From NCBI GenBank assembly GCA_038043045.1, contig JBBTCX010000101.1, forward strand, positions 373-64,372: a DNA stretch of 64,000 nucleotides, given 5' to 3'. The notes beneath the pieces are model-generated. The model saw nothing but the letters and a program-made list of their open reading frames with translations. It made no database searches and had not been told where the DNA came from. Both the position numbers and the translations under genes were made by a program. How positions within the stretch are numbered: position 1 is the first letter of the stretch; every line of letters starts with the position of its first letter. The stretch is from Planctomycetota bacterium (lineage in GTDB: Bacteria > Planctomycetota > Phycisphaerae > UBA1845). Below, piece by piece: positions 28,117-38,561 of this stretch.

Positions 28117-29805
28117 ATGGACAGAATCCGCGAGCTACTCCGAACGATTCAAGCCCAGCTTGGCGTATTGACCGTTTCGCAGCGATTGGCGATCGGCTTG
28201 TGCGCGGCGCTGGCGGCTGGTTCCATGCTGTGGCTTTTGCAATGGTCGACCACGCCGGACTTGACCCCGTTGCTCGCACATAATTTCAGCGTGGATGAAT
28301 TGAACGGGGCCGAAGAAGCTCTACGTACCAACGGACTTACTTATCGAGTTCAAGGATCGCGGATTTATGTCCGAGCGTCCGATCGATACGACGCCTTGCG
28401 TGTGTTGAATGGGGTGAATGCGTTGCCGGAGGGAAGTCTGTTTGACATGCAGACGATGGTGTCGGATCAGAATCCGTTTCAGTCCCCGGAATCTCGTGAA
28501 TACGCCCAGAATTACGCGAAAGGCAACGAGCTTGCGAAGATTATCGCCACGTATCCGAATGTAAAAAAGGCGTCGGTGTTGGTGAATCCGAGCACGCGAC
28601 GTCGAATCGGCGGTCCGAGTGATGAACCCACGGCATCGGTCACGGTCACCCTTGGGTCCGGTCATGAGATGTCCTATGAGATGGTGGAAGCGTTTGCGAA
28701 ACTTGTCAGCGGTGCGGTCGGGGGTCTGAAGCCCTACAACGTGAACGTAGTCGATGGGCGGACCATTCAATCCTTCAACACGCCGCGTCCCGAAGATGGA
28801 GGGAATGTCGAGCATTTTCGAATGGTCCAGAAGCTTGAGGAGCGGTTGTTGCAGAAGGTCCGGGGGAAGTTGGCGGATATTCCGGGGGTTCTGGCGACGG
28901 TGACCGTGGAACTCGACACGAGCAAACGGGTGAGGCAGACGAATTTGCATGAATCGCCGCAGCCGAAGATGGAGAAAACCCATACCGCGGATCAGAATTC
29001 ATCGGATCAACCGACCGAGCCCGGCGTTCAGGCCAACGTGGGTCAGGCAGTGACAGCGTCCGGCATTGGGCAGCGGAGCTTAACAGAGGAATCCACCGTC
29101 GAGAATTTTGAACCGAAACTTCGTGAAAGCGAGACGGTCGAGCAAGGACCGACGATCAAGAAAGCCACGGCGTCGGTGGGTATCCCGCGAAGTTTTGTGG
29201 TCAGTGTTTTTCGGGCGAATCATCCGGACACACCGGAACCCAAGGATGATGATCCGGCATTCACCGCGATTCGGGATGACCAGATCGCGCGAGTGAAGGG
29301 AAGTGTGGAAAAGATCATCATGGCTCGGTCTCCCCAAGATGTGCAGGTCGATGTGTATCCAGACGTGGAGTGGGGAGATAAGGGTCCGTCTTGGCAGTCG
29401 GCTCCGGGCGGCGTGACCACGGCTCAAGCTGGAACAGGAAGCTTTGAAATCGTCGAGTTGCTTCGGGGTTATGCACCACAGGCGGGTCTCACGGCTCTGG
29501 CCTTGATGAGTCTTTTTATGGTTATGAAGGTGGTTCGCAAATCGGCGGAATATGTCTCCGTTCCCGCGATGTCGGTGGAATCGACTTTCAATGCGCCTGA
29601 TGTTCCGACGGGTGATGAGCCTTTATTGGCCGTTGGGCCGCAAACGATCGGTCAAGCAGCTTCTTCCGATGGTTTCCTGGTTGGGCGAGAAGTGGATGAC
29701 GACTCCTTGCGCTTTGCGGAGCTCAGCGCAGAGGTTTCCAAGATGGTGGAGGAAGACCCGGCGGGTGCCGCCGACATGCTCCGTCGTTGGGTGGATGAGA
29801 CGTGA
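28117..29805 (+). CDS. fliF: flagellar M-ring protein FliF
   Basis: 562 aa with an N-terminal TM helix and a YscJ/FliF domain (YRVQGSRIYVRASD...ASVLVNPS). It has a second TM helix near the C-terminus. Confidence 0.9.
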   Translation: MDRIRELLRTIQAQLGVLTVSQRLAIGLCAALAAGSMLWLLQWSTTPDLTPLLAHNFSVDELNGAEEALRTNGLTYRVQGSRIYVRASDRYDALRVLNGVNALPEGSLFDMQTMVSDQNPFQSPESREYAQNYAKGNELAKIIATYPNVKKASVLVNPSTRRRIGGPSDEPTASVTVTLGSGHEMSYEMVEAFAKLVSGAVGGLKPYNVNVVDGRTIQSFNTPRPEDGGNVEHFRMVQKLEERLLQKVRGKLADIPGVLATVTVELDTSKRVRQTNLHESPQPKMEKTHTADQNSSDQPTEPGVQANVGQAVTASGIGQRSLTEESTVENFEPKLRESETVEQGPTIKKATASVGIPRSFVVSVFRANHPDTPEPKDDDPAFTAIRDDQIARVKGSVEKIIMARSPQDVQVDVYPDVEWGDKGPSWQSAPGGVTTAQAGTGSFEIVELLRGYAPQAGLTALALMSLFMVMKVVRKSAEYVSVPAMSVESTFNAPDVPTGDEPLLAVGPQTIGQAASSDGFLVGREVDDDSLRFAELSAEVSKMVEEDPAGAADMLRRWVDET

Positions 29806-29868
29806 TCCTCCGCGTGCGGTGGAATCTGACTCCAAGTTTACCTTAATGATTCGACGGTAAAAGTTCGC

Positions 29869-30912
29869 ATGGCCAAACGACAAGAAGCAGATAGCGGGGG
29901 TACGGCGACGGTGGAAATGTCCGGTCTCACCAAGGCCGCCATCTTGTTGATCACGTTGGACCGAACTTCCGCCGCGGCGATCCTTCGAGAGCTTGGACCG
30001 ACACACGTGGAGGAGCTTACGCGAGAAATCGTGCAATTGGACGTTATTGACGACGGCGTGCGTGCCCAGGTGATTGAGGATTTTTATAACGTCGCGCTGG
30101 CCAGACAGTACATCAAACAGGGTGGCATCTCGTACGCCAGGGAGCTCCTTCAGGAGGCTCTTCCGGAAGATCAAGCCAGTGGAATTTTGCGGACCGTGGA
30201 GCGTCAAGTCACTCGGCGACCTTTTTCGTTTTTGGCCAAGACCGATTCCGAGAATCTTTTGACCTTCATTCAAGATGAACATCCGCAGACCATCGCGTTG
30301 GTGCTCGCCCATTTGAGTCCGGGGAAGGCCAGCGAAATCCTCACCAGCCTCGCGCCCGCGAAGCAATTGGAGGTGATCACTCGAATTGCGACCATGGACA
30401 ACACCAACCCGGAGGTGATTCGAGAGGTTGAAGAAGGTCTGGAATTGCGCCTTTCGGGAATTGTATCCCAAACCTTTCAAAAAGCCGGGGGCGTGTCGTG
30501 CGCCGCCGAAATTCTCAACCTCTCCGACCGTACCACGGAGAAAGGAATCATGGAGGGGGTCGAATCGCAGGACGCCGATTTGGCCGAGCAAATTCGCCGC
30601 TTGATGTTCGTCTTTGAGGATATCCTGTTGGTGAACGACAAGGGTATTCAAGCGGTTCTCAAGGAAGTGGACCAGGCCGATCTCACGATGGCCTTGAAGA
30701 CGGCGACGCCGGAGCTGCGCGAGAAGGTCTTCCGCAACATGTCCGAACGCGCGGCCCAATTAATCAAGGAAGACATGGAGTTCATGGGGCCGGTGCGGGT
30801 CAGCGACGTGGAAGGTTCGCAACAAAAGATCGTGGATGTAGTACGACGCTTGGAGGATTCCGGCGAGGTGGTGATCTCCGGTCGCGGTGGCGAAAAGGAG
30901 ATGATTGTGTGA
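29869..30912 (+). CDS. fliG: flagellar motor switch protein FliG
   Basis: LTKAAILLITLD, FIQDEHPQTIALVLAHL and MFVFEDILLVNDKGIQAVLKEV. Confidence 0.92.
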   Translation: MAKRQEADSGGTATVEMSGLTKAAILLITLDRTSAAAILRELGPTHVEELTREIVQLDVIDDGVRAQVIEDFYNVALARQYIKQGGISYARELLQEALPEDQASGILRTVERQVTRRPFSFLAKTDSENLLTFIQDEHPQTIALVLAHLSPGKASEILTSLAPAKQLEVITRIATMDNTNPEVIREVEEGLELRLSGIVSQTFQKAGGVSCAAEILNLSDRTTEKGIMEGVESQDADLAEQIRRLMFVFEDILLVNDKGIQAVLKEVDQADLTMALKTATPELREKVFRNMSERAAQLIKEDMEFMGPVRVSDVEGSQQKIVDVVRRLEDSGEVVISGRGGEKEMIV

Positions 30913-30955
30913 TGCGTTGCCGTTTTCCAACTCACGATTGTCGAGGTCTAGACGC

Positions 30956-31681
30956 ATGACGACGGTCATTAAAGCCGGTCAATCCGGACCTATTCTCAAG
31001 CGATTGGCTTCGGTGGACCTTGCGGATCACTTGGTCGAGGCCCGCCAAGCCTTAGGTCATGCGCGACAAGAGGCCGGTGCTATTTTGGACGCCGCAAAGG
31101 AAAACGCGGAGCGACTCTATGAGAAGGAAAAGCGAAAGGGGCACAAGGCGGGATTCGAAGTTGGATTCGCAGAGGGGCGAATAGAGGGCGAAGAAAAGGG
31201 TCGGCAGGAAGCCTGCCATCAAGCGTTGCAACAGTTTCAGGAGAAACAGGAGCATTTGATTACGGACATTCGACGAGCGATCGGTGATCTTGATGCGATC
31301 AAGCGAGATTTTCGCACGGCGGTGGAAAAGGACCTTCTCGATTTCGCTCTTCAGGTTGCGATCAAATTGACGTTTTCGGTCGGAAAGACTTTTCGCGAGG
31401 CCGCCCAAGAGAACTTGCGTCGGGCTATGCGGTTGGTCGCGGATTCGAGAAGTGTGCGCATCCTGGCCCATCCCGAGGATATGGAGACCCTGCAACGCGT
31501 TTCCGCTGAATTATGGCAAGTTGGAAAAGAGTCGGACTCCGTGAAGTTTGAAGCCGATTCAACTCTTGCGCCCGGTGGGTGTATTGTGAAGAGCGATCGA
31601 ACTGAAGTGGATGCTTCGCTTGAGACTCAGGTGGAGTCCCTCGTTCAATCCCTTCTTGGATCGGGCGGTGGTCATGCTTGA
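30956..31681 (+). CDS. fliH: flagellar assembly protein FliH
   Basis: ORF 30905..31681, with an ATG at 30956. It has a Glu/Lys-rich coiled coil followed by a FliH C-domain (LLDFALQVAIKL...GGCIVKSDRTEVDASLETQV). Confidence 0.8.
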   Translation: MTTVIKAGQSGPILKRLASVDLADHLVEARQALGHARQEAGAILDAAKENAERLYEKEKRKGHKAGFEVGFAEGRIEGEEKGRQEACHQALQQFQEKQEHLITDIRRAIGDLDAIKRDFRTAVEKDLLDFALQVAIKLTFSVGKTFREAAQENLRRAMRLVADSRSVRILAHPEDMETLQRVSAELWQVGKESDSVKFEADSTLAPGGCIVKSDRTEVDASLETQVESLVQSLLGSGGGHA

Positions 31682-33068
31682 TCTTCTCAATCAACACAGT
31701 CGCCGCTTGTCACACGAATCGTTTCATCGAGTGACGGGTCGCGTGGGACAGGTGACGGGACTTAGGATCGTCGCGGAGGGTCTACCTCTGCCGGTGGGAT
31801 CATTGTGCCGAATTGTGGGGAACGATACGCCGGAAGTCTCGGCACAAGTCGTCGGCGTGCGAGGTGATCAATCCATCCTCATCGCTCTTCACGAACCCTG
31901 GGGGATTCGAGCGGGTGATCCGGTATGCAGTGACACCGTGGTGCAAATGGTGGCGGTGGGAAGCAATATGCTTGGTGCGGTGTTGGATGGACTCGGTCGA
32001 CCGATCGGCGGACGAACGTCTTTCACCGTGGAGACTCACTATCCCGTATATTCCGCTGCGCCGAAAGCACTCACCCGTGAGCCGGTCAACGAGATTTTGG
32101 CCACCGGTATCCGCTCCATTGATGCCATGCACACGCTTGGAGGAGGGCAACGAATCGGTGTTTTTGCTGGAACGGGAGTCGGTAAGAGCGTGTTGATGGG
32201 TATGATCGCGCGCTTCACGAATGCCGACGTCATTGTGGCTGCTTTGGTGGGCGAGCGTGGTCGAGAAGTGGGCGATTTTCTTCGCAAGGACCTCGGAGAA
32301 GAGGGACTTTCCCGATCCGTACTGGTGGTGAGTACGTCGGATGAATCGCCGGTGCTTCGAGTTCGAGCGGGGTTTGTGGCAACGGCCGTGGCGGAATTCT
32401 TTCGAGATCGCGGGGCCAAGGTTCTGCTCATGATGGACTCCACGACGCGCGTGGCCATGGCCCAACGACAAATCGGACTTTCAGCCGGTGAACCACCCAC
32501 GACAAAGGGTTATCCGCCAAGCGTGTTTGACCTTCTTCCCAAACTGATGGAGCGAGCCGGGCGGACGTCGACGGGAAGCATCACGGGCTTGTACACAGTT
32601 CTGGTTGAGGGGGATGATCTGAATGAACCGATTTCCGATGCTGTGCGAGGAATTCTCGACGGGCACTTGTGGCTTTCGAGAGGTTTGGCCAATCGCGGTC
32701 ACTATCCGGCGATCGCGCCTCTGGAAAGTATCAGCCGCGTGATGACGGATGTGATCGACGAGGAGCATCGGCGCGCCGCGATGGTCGTGCGGGGCGTGCT
32801 GGCGGTGTGGGCGGACATCGAAGATTTGGTCAACGTCGGCGCTTATGTGCCGGGAGTGAACGCGGACTTCGACGTAGCCGTTCGCGTCAAACCCGTCCTG
32901 GATGAGTTCCTTCAACAAGGCATGAATGAGAAAGCGAGTTACTCCGACACGCGAGAGAGGTTGCTCCGTGTGGCGGGAGAGATTGAATCCATGCGACAGC
33001 AGGGTTCGATCCGCAAAGAACCGGGAGGCGGATCGCAAGCGAGTTCGAGTGGAACGCCGGCGCGGTGA
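31674..33068 (+). CDS. fliI: flagellum-specific ATPase FliI
   Basis: ORF 31611..33068. An ATG at 31674 overlaps the fliH stop. The Walker A is GVFAGTGVGKSVL, with LLMMDSTTRVAMAQREI-type Walker B context. Confidence 0.92.
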   Translation: MLDLLNQHSRRLSHESFHRVTGRVGQVTGLRIVAEGLPLPVGSLCRIVGNDTPEVSAQVVGVRGDQSILIALHEPWGIRAGDPVCSDTVVQMVAVGSNMLGAVLDGLGRPIGGRTSFTVETHYPVYSAAPKALTREPVNEILATGIRSIDAMHTLGGGQRIGVFAGTGVGKSVLMGMIARFTNADVIVAALVGERGREVGDFLRKDLGEEGLSRSVLVVSTSDESPVLRVRAGFVATAVAEFFRDRGAKVLLMMDSTTRVAMAQRQIGLSAGEPPTTKGYPPSVFDLLPKLMERAGRTSTGSITGLYTVLVEGDDLNEPISDAVRGILDGHLWLSRGLANRGHYPAIAPLESISRVMTDVIDEEHRRAAMVVRGVLAVWADIEDLVNVGAYVPGVNADFDVAVRVKPVLDEFLQQGMNEKASYSDTRERLLRVAGEIESMRQQGSIRKEPGGGSQASSSGTPAR

Positions 33069-33085
33069 TGTCGAGAGGTTGAGGC

Positions 33086-33556
33086 ATGGCCAAGCGATTT
33101 GTTTTTTCGCTGGAAATCGTGCGAAAGTTGCGGGATCAATCCCGTAGGGTCCAGCAGCGTACCTTGGCCGAGGCGCAACGAGACGTGAACGATGTGCAAG
33201 CGCGGTTGGCGGACAATGAACGACAAGTGTCGGTTTCCATGGAAGAGGAAAGAACGGCGAGTTCCCAGCCAGGGTTGGATGTGAGTGCCGTGCGTCGGCA
33301 GCTTCTTCATCGGGGCTGGTTGAAACGCAAGGAGACGGAATTGATGAAGGAATGGAATGATCGCAGACTGATTGTCATACGGGAGCGCGAGAAGCTGGCC
33401 GAGGCGATCAAGCGATTGAAAGTGATTGAAAAGTTGCGCGAACGCCGTTGGGCCCAACATGTGGAACAGGAACATCGCGTGGAGCGGAAAGCAGCCGACG
33501 AAACGGCTTCGCAAAGGTTTGTAGCCCATCAAGAACGAGAATTTCAGCAGGCGTAG
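33086..33556 (+). CDS. fliJ: flagellar export chaperone FliJ
   Basis: 156-aa coiled coil in the canonical position after fliI (FSLEIVRKLRDQSRRVQQRTLAEAQRDVN). Confidence 0.7.
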   Translation: MAKRFVFSLEIVRKLRDQSRRVQQRTLAEAQRDVNDVQARLADNERQVSVSMEEERTASSQPGLDVSAVRRQLLHRGWLKRKETELMKEWNDRRLIVIREREKLAEAIKRLKVIEKLRERRWAQHVEQEHRVERKAADETASQRFVAHQEREFQQA

Positions 33557-33562
33557 TCCGTC

Positions 33563-34243
33563 ATGGCGAAGTCATTGGTCAAGAGAGTGTACGATGGGCT
33601 GGCACTGGTGGCCGTATTAAACGTGTTGACTCTCGGAGGCATTATCGGTTACGCGATCTACGGCGGGTGGATTGACAAAGGCAAAGTCACCCAGATCGGC
33701 GCGGTCATTCGAGGTGAAAAACCAGACGCGTCGAACTCCGAGGATGCGGCGTCATCCACAAGTACCAAGAAGGAGTCCATAAAAGGAAAAAAGGCGATGG
33801 TGCCGTCTGATGATCCTCTGGCGGACCTGCAAGTCCTTCATCTCGAGGAAGAGCGGGCCAAGGTTGAGTTGGAACAGCAATTGGCCTTGGTTCAAAGCAT
33901 GATGCTGAAGGTAACTTCTGAGCGAGAGGCGCTTCGGCAAGAACGGAAGGTCGTTCAAAAGCCGAAGGAAGAGGTCGTGAAGTCCCAACATCAAGAGGGC
34001 ATGAAACGACAGCTTGAGATTTATGAAGGACTCGCCCCCAAGGTGGCGCTAGATCATCTATTGGCGATGGAAGATCCCGATGAAGCCGCCCGCGTTCTTG
34101 CCGGGCTTGATCCGCGAAAGGCTAAGAAGATACTCGAATCGGCCAAGACTCCCCAGCAAATGCGCCAAATGCAGGCGGTGCTTGCGCGGGTGGCCGCCGT
34201 CGCTCCGGATCGAACCGTTGCGCTGAACGACTCGCAACCGTAG
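33563..34243 (+). CDS. flagellar-cluster protein with MgtE-N/MotE-like C-terminal domain (YlxF position)
   Basis: It has an N-terminal TM helix, a coiled coil, and then YEGLAPKVALDHLLAMEDPDEAARVLAGLDPRKAKKILE. Its position between fliJ and fliK matches B. subtilis ylxF. Confidence 0.5.
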   Translation: MAKSLVKRVYDGLALVAVLNVLTLGGIIGYAIYGGWIDKGKVTQIGAVIRGEKPDASNSEDAASSTSTKKESIKGKKAMVPSDDPLADLQVLHLEEERAKVELEQQLALVQSMMLKVTSEREALRQERKVVQKPKEEVVKSQHQEGMKRQLEIYEGLAPKVALDHLLAMEDPDEAARVLAGLDPRKAKKILESAKTPQQMRQMQAVLARVAAVAPDRTVALNDSQP

Positions 34244-34257
34244 GGGAAACTAAGCTC

Positions 34258-35625
34258 GTGGAAATCGTGCAACCATTCACCGCTACATTGCAACGGACGT
34301 TGTCGAACGGCCAATCACCGCCGGCGGTAGACTCCCATTTGTCCACACATCCAAGTGGTTCAACCGCGAGAATTTCTGCAAAGCCTAATCTTGACGAGGA
34401 ATGGGTCGAGGGTACAGAGGATGCCAACGGGTTGGCATTTTCCGCGGTCTGGGCGGCAATGGCGGCCAGTGGGAACGGCGCGAGCACCGCGGGAATTGTC
34501 GGCGGTGGGCGAATGATCGCTCCCAATGAAATGTTCGAAACCAAATCCGGGTCCGGACGATCTTTGGAAGAACCGGATTCGAACGACCCTCGACAAGATG
34601 ACGTGGCGGAAGCAGATGAAGAACGGAAATACAACAAGGGCCAGGTTCGATCCGCGGCAAAAAATGGTCGAACCGAGCGAATAGCCGATCGAGCGGCGGA
34701 ACAAAAAATCGCCTCGAACTTATCGAATTATCGGACCTCTGACCTGCGCTCTGATGCACCAAATTCGCAGTTATCGGGCGTCAACATCGATTCCAAACGT
34801 CCAATAATACAAGCTATTTCGCATTCATTTCATTTGACAGCCAAAAGTGAAAATGCCGCTCAGCCGGCAATCGAGGCCGAGAAAACCCCGGTTTCGACAA
34901 GCGGCGGGGAACGGGCGATGCCTGAATTTGGTGTCAGTCAAGTGTCACGCAGTGTGTTGTCGAAAAGCGTAGGCGGAAGTTCGGTACGAACGGCCGAGCA
35001 GATCGGTCGATTCCTGGCTCAACCAGCACACTCCGGTTCTCCACTCATCCAACCGGCGCGGACTGGTGCGAAAACCGCGGAGCACGGTGCAGGCCATGAA
35101 GAATCGTCTGCAACGGCGAATTCAAACCCAGAGACCAATGACTCGTCGGTATCGAAAACCGAGGAAAAGGCCAATGACTTTGAACGGCTGGTGGCCACCA
35201 TGCGTTTGCGATTTGGGGCGCGGCGGTCCACGGCTCGTTTGGAGTTGCACCCGCCGGAGCTCGGTCGACTGTTGGTCCAGGTGCGGATGGATCAAGAATC
35301 GGTGAACATCGATGTTCACACGGAGACGGAAGAGGCCAAGACGCGAATCGCCGAACGTGCCACCGAGTTGGCACTGGCTCTCCAAAAACACGGAATTCGG
35401 GTGGCCCGTCTGGAGGTGGTGAGGGGCGAGGCCGAAGGGAAATGGCCGGTTGAAAGCGGGCAACGCCCTCGAGGTGGAACAAAAAGCGGTGCAATCGGAA
35501 AAGGACTTCCTAAGTCCGATTCAAGGTTGGATTCGCAAACCGCGCGAGGAAGAAAGAGCGTGGAGCAGGACGAGGAATCGTGGTTGGTTTTTCGTGGGAC
35601 ACCGCGAATGGATTTGATGGGTTGA
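34258..35625 (+). CDS. fliK: flagellar hook-length control protein FliK
   Basis: The N-terminus is disordered. The C-terminal Flg_hook domain is ARLELHPPELGRLLVQVRMDQESVNIDVHTETEEAKTRIAE. GTG start. Confidence 0.8.
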   Translation: MEIVQPFTATLQRTLSNGQSPPAVDSHLSTHPSGSTARISAKPNLDEEWVEGTEDANGLAFSAVWAAMAASGNGASTAGIVGGGRMIAPNEMFETKSGSGRSLEEPDSNDPRQDDVAEADEERKYNKGQVRSAAKNGRTERIADRAAEQKIASNLSNYRTSDLRSDAPNSQLSGVNIDSKRPIIQAISHSFHLTAKSENAAQPAIEAEKTPVSTSGGERAMPEFGVSQVSRSVLSKSVGGSSVRTAEQIGRFLAQPAHSGSPLIQPARTGAKTAEHGAGHEESSATANSNPETNDSSVSKTEEKANDFERLVATMRLRFGARRSTARLELHPPELGRLLVQVRMDQESVNIDVHTETEEAKTRIAERATELALALQKHGIRVARLEVVRGEAEGKWPVESGQRPRGGTKSGAIGKGLPKSDSRLDSQTARGRKSVEQDEESWLVFRGTPRMDLMG

Positions 35626-35712
35626 GAGACGAACGAAGAGGAAGATCGCCGTCGGGCTGACGATCAACTGGCGCTGGGCTCCCAAGAAAAAAGCCATATA
35701 AGGAGGTTCAAG

Positions 35713-36330
35713 ATGGAACCGGTTACAACGAGTTTCGTGGGGTCGACGGTAAACGGGAGCGGGCAGCGCACAGAGCCGTTTGCCGATTTGCGCACGGACG
35801 ACTTCTTGAAATTGATGATCACTCAGCTTTCCAATCAGGATCCATTCGAGCCGACCGGCAACAAGGAGCTGATGGAACAGATCTCGGCGATTCGAAATAT
35901 CGAGTCGTCCACGACGTTGACGGATTCGTTGCGAACGTTGGCGGGCCAGCAGGGATTCACTTCGGCTTCGGCGTTGCTGGGGCAATATGTGACGGGGTTG
36001 CCGGATGAAGCGGGTCAGTCGATTTCCGGGTTGGTGACGGGGGTCAAGTTGGATGCCGGGGGTCGCCCGTTGCTTCAGCTTTCCAATGGGGCGGCGGTGC
36101 CGATGGATCAGGTCGCTGCGATCGAAACGCCGTTGCAAGCGGCCGAGCGACTTGTTGGAAAGTATGTGATGGGAGTCGATGGGCGAGTGGCGCCGAATCC
36201 TCCGGTTGTCGAGGGTGTGGTCACCCGAGCGCACGAGGACGGCGGCGACATTATCGTGGAGCTGGAATCCGGGTCGAATCTTCGGTTTCGAGACGTAGTC
36301 AACTCGATGGAACCGGCCGATGTGGGCTAG
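35713..36330 (+). CDS. flgD: flagellar hook capping/assembly protein FlgD
   Basis: DDFLKLMITQLSNQDPFEPTGNKELMEQISAIRNIE. Confidence 0.9.
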   Translation: MEPVTTSFVGSTVNGSGQRTEPFADLRTDDFLKLMITQLSNQDPFEPTGNKELMEQISAIRNIESSTTLTDSLRTLAGQQGFTSASALLGQYVTGLPDEAGQSISGLVTGVKLDAGGRPLLQLSNGAAVPMDQVAAIETPLQAAERLVGKYVMGVDGRVAPNPPVVEGVVTRAHEDGGDIIVELESGSNLRFRDVVNSMEPADVG

Positions 36331-36387
36331 CCTTGTGCGTTGGCGAAAATAAGAACAAAAAGCGAAGAAAATCAAGGATGACAGACT

Positions 36388-38082
36388 ATGTCACTTAGTT
36401 CAGCCATGCTCGTGGGTTTTACCGGGATCACCAGCAACTCGGTGGCCGTGGATACGGTCGGCGATAATTTGGCCAATGTAAACACTACGGCTTTTAAGGG
36501 ACAACGAACACTGTTTGAGACTCTGCTTTATAACACGATTCGAGAGGGCGAGGGTCCGAGCCCGACGAGTGGCGGGACGTTGCCGTTTCAAATGGGCACC
36601 GGTTCGCAAGTGGCGGTTGTGCAGCGAAGTTTTTCGCAGGGCTCCATCGAAGGTACGGCTTTTCCGAGCGATCTGGCCATTGACGGCGATGGTTTCTTCG
36701 TGCTGGATCATGGCGATGGTACGCAAGCCTTCACGCGCGACGGGTCTTTTCGGCTGAATGCGGAGCAGGCGCTGGTGGCCTCAGATGGTTCGGTCGTTCA
36801 GGTTTTTCCGGCAGATGCTGATGGCAACGTTCAAGCTGGAACGTTATCCCCATTAACGATTCCTCTCGGTTCAACGGGGGAAGCATTGCCGACGACAGAG
36901 GTCATTCTTGATGGTCAGTTGGATTCCGGCACCACGATCGCGGCGGAGCCTTCGGTGGTGGCTTCGCAAGCGTTGATGACGGCTGGTGGCACTGCGGCGA
37001 CCGCAGCCACTTCGTTGTCGGCGATCCTGAATGGAGAAGGCGTTCCCCTTTTTTCCGAAGGTGACATCCTGTCGATACGCGGCACCAAAGGGGGGCTTAG
37101 TGTTCCGGAATCCACATTTGTCGTGGGGTCCACCGGCAATACACTCGAGGATTTAGCTCAATTCATGGAAACGGTGCTCGGAATTGACCCCACAACGGAA
37201 GACGCGGCGGGAGTCACGGTTGGCGATGGCACGACGGGTCCTGGTGGGGCCTTGGTCGTCACATCCAATCTCGGCGAAGCCCATGCCGTCGCCCTAGACG
37301 CCGGCTCGATCACCAACACCACCGGGGCGCTGAGTTCGCCGTTTACTTTTTCTCAAAGTGCTCCGGCCGTTGGCGGAGGTTTGGTCACGACGAGTTTTCA
37401 GGTGTTTGATTCCCTGGGTGCGCCGGTGGATGTACGTCTTCGGCTGTCCCTGGAGTCCAAATCTTCGACAGGAACAACGTGGCGATTCCAAGCGGAGTCC
37501 GCCGGGGATAGCGATGCGTCGTTCTTGGTCGGATCAGGGACCATGACCTTCGACGCCCAAGGTCGATTTGTGGCTGCGACGGGTACCGATCTCTCCATCG
37601 ATCGTGATGCCACCGGAGCCTCCACCCCGCAGGCGTTTACTCTCGATTTGAGTCAAGTCACCGGTTTCGCCAGCGCCGACGGTTCCTCGGAACTACGCAT
37701 GGAAAGTCAGGACGGCGCTCCGGCGGGAACGCTGGTCAGCTATTCGATTGACGATGAAGGAGTTGTTCGCACGGCCTATTCCAATCAAACGACGCGGGTT
37801 ATCGGACAAGTTGCCCTCGCGGTTTTTCGCAACAATGAGGGATTGATCGCCCAAAGCGACAACACGTATTTTCCGGGCGTAAATTCGGGCGATCCGCGGA
37901 TTCTGGCGCCTCGTACGGAAACTGCCGGGGCCATTCGCTCCGGGTCGTTGGAACAGAGCAACGTGGAAATCGCTCGAGAATTCGTCAATTTGATTACGGC
38001 TTCGACGGGAATCTCATCCGCCAGCCGAGTGGTTCGAGTGGCCGATGATCTGCTTCAGGAACTTCTCCAAATCGCGCAATAA
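36388..38082 (+). CDS. flgE: flagellar hook protein FlgE
   Basis: The N-terminus is GITSNSVAVDTVGDNLANVNTTAFK. The C-terminus is GSLEQSNVEIAREFVNLITASTGISSASRVV. Confidence 0.92.
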   Translation: MSLSSAMLVGFTGITSNSVAVDTVGDNLANVNTTAFKGQRTLFETLLYNTIREGEGPSPTSGGTLPFQMGTGSQVAVVQRSFSQGSIEGTAFPSDLAIDGDGFFVLDHGDGTQAFTRDGSFRLNAEQALVASDGSVVQVFPADADGNVQAGTLSPLTIPLGSTGEALPTTEVILDGQLDSGTTIAAEPSVVASQALMTAGGTAATAATSLSAILNGEGVPLFSEGDILSIRGTKGGLSVPESTFVVGSTGNTLEDLAQFMETVLGIDPTTEDAAGVTVGDGTTGPGGALVVTSNLGEAHAVALDAGSITNTTGALSSPFTFSQSAPAVGGGLVTTSFQVFDSLGAPVDVRLRLSLESKSSTGTTWRFQAESAGDSDASFLVGSGTMTFDAQGRFVAATGTDLSIDRDATGASTPQAFTLDLSQVTGFASADGSSELRMESQDGAPAGTLVSYSIDDEGVVRTAYSNQTTRVIGQVALAVFRNNEGLIAQSDNTYFPGVNSGDPRILAPRTETAGAIRSGSLEQSNVEIAREFVNLITASTGISSASRVVRVADDLLQELLQIAQ

Positions 38083-38099
38083 CGGCTAGGGCCTATAAC

Positions 38100-38294
38100 A
38101 TGATCACGCTTACCCGGCTCAATGATCGCGTTGTCGTGGTCAATGCCGAGTTGATCAAGATCATTGAAGCGACGCCGGACACTACGGTCACGCTGATCCA
38201 TGGCGAAACGCTTTTTGTGCGTGAGCCGGTGGACGAAGTAGTTCGCCTGGTGATCGACTATCGGCGTCAGGTCCATGGATTCCGGGTGGTGTAA
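38100..38294 (+). CDS. flbD: flagellar protein FlbD
   Basis: MITLTRLNDRVVVVNAELIKIIEATPDTTVTLIHGETLFVREPVDEV. Confidence 0.85.
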   Translation: MITLTRLNDRVVVVNAELIKIIEATPDTTVTLIHGETLFVREPVDEVVRLVIDYRRQVHGFRVV

Positions 38295-38561
38295 CAGAGT
38301 TTTCGGATCGCGGCGGCGCTCATCATGAACGCCGATAACTTGCGCCACAACAATCGATTTGCGAGTAATCGGTTAACGGATTACGTTTTCGGATGACGGT
38401 TCCCTTTTGAGCCGGGGTTGGCCGACGTGTCTATGAATTGTACGCTGCACAATGGAATGGTCTCGAACTTCTGAGGTCCACTTGGTCTTTGGGAAGGGTG
38501 AACTTGAGGGCATTCGGTATCGGACTTCGAACCAAAATGATTCGTAGAGTGGAGGCGAACG

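Noticed and set aside
38331-38338. Perfect sigma-28 -10 octamer GCCGATAA in the flbD to fliL spacer.
   Set aside because: There is no TAAA-like -35 element 15-16 nt upstream, where the sequence is cggcg. The nearest AGAGTTTT is ~27 nt away. A single octamer is not enough to call a promoter.
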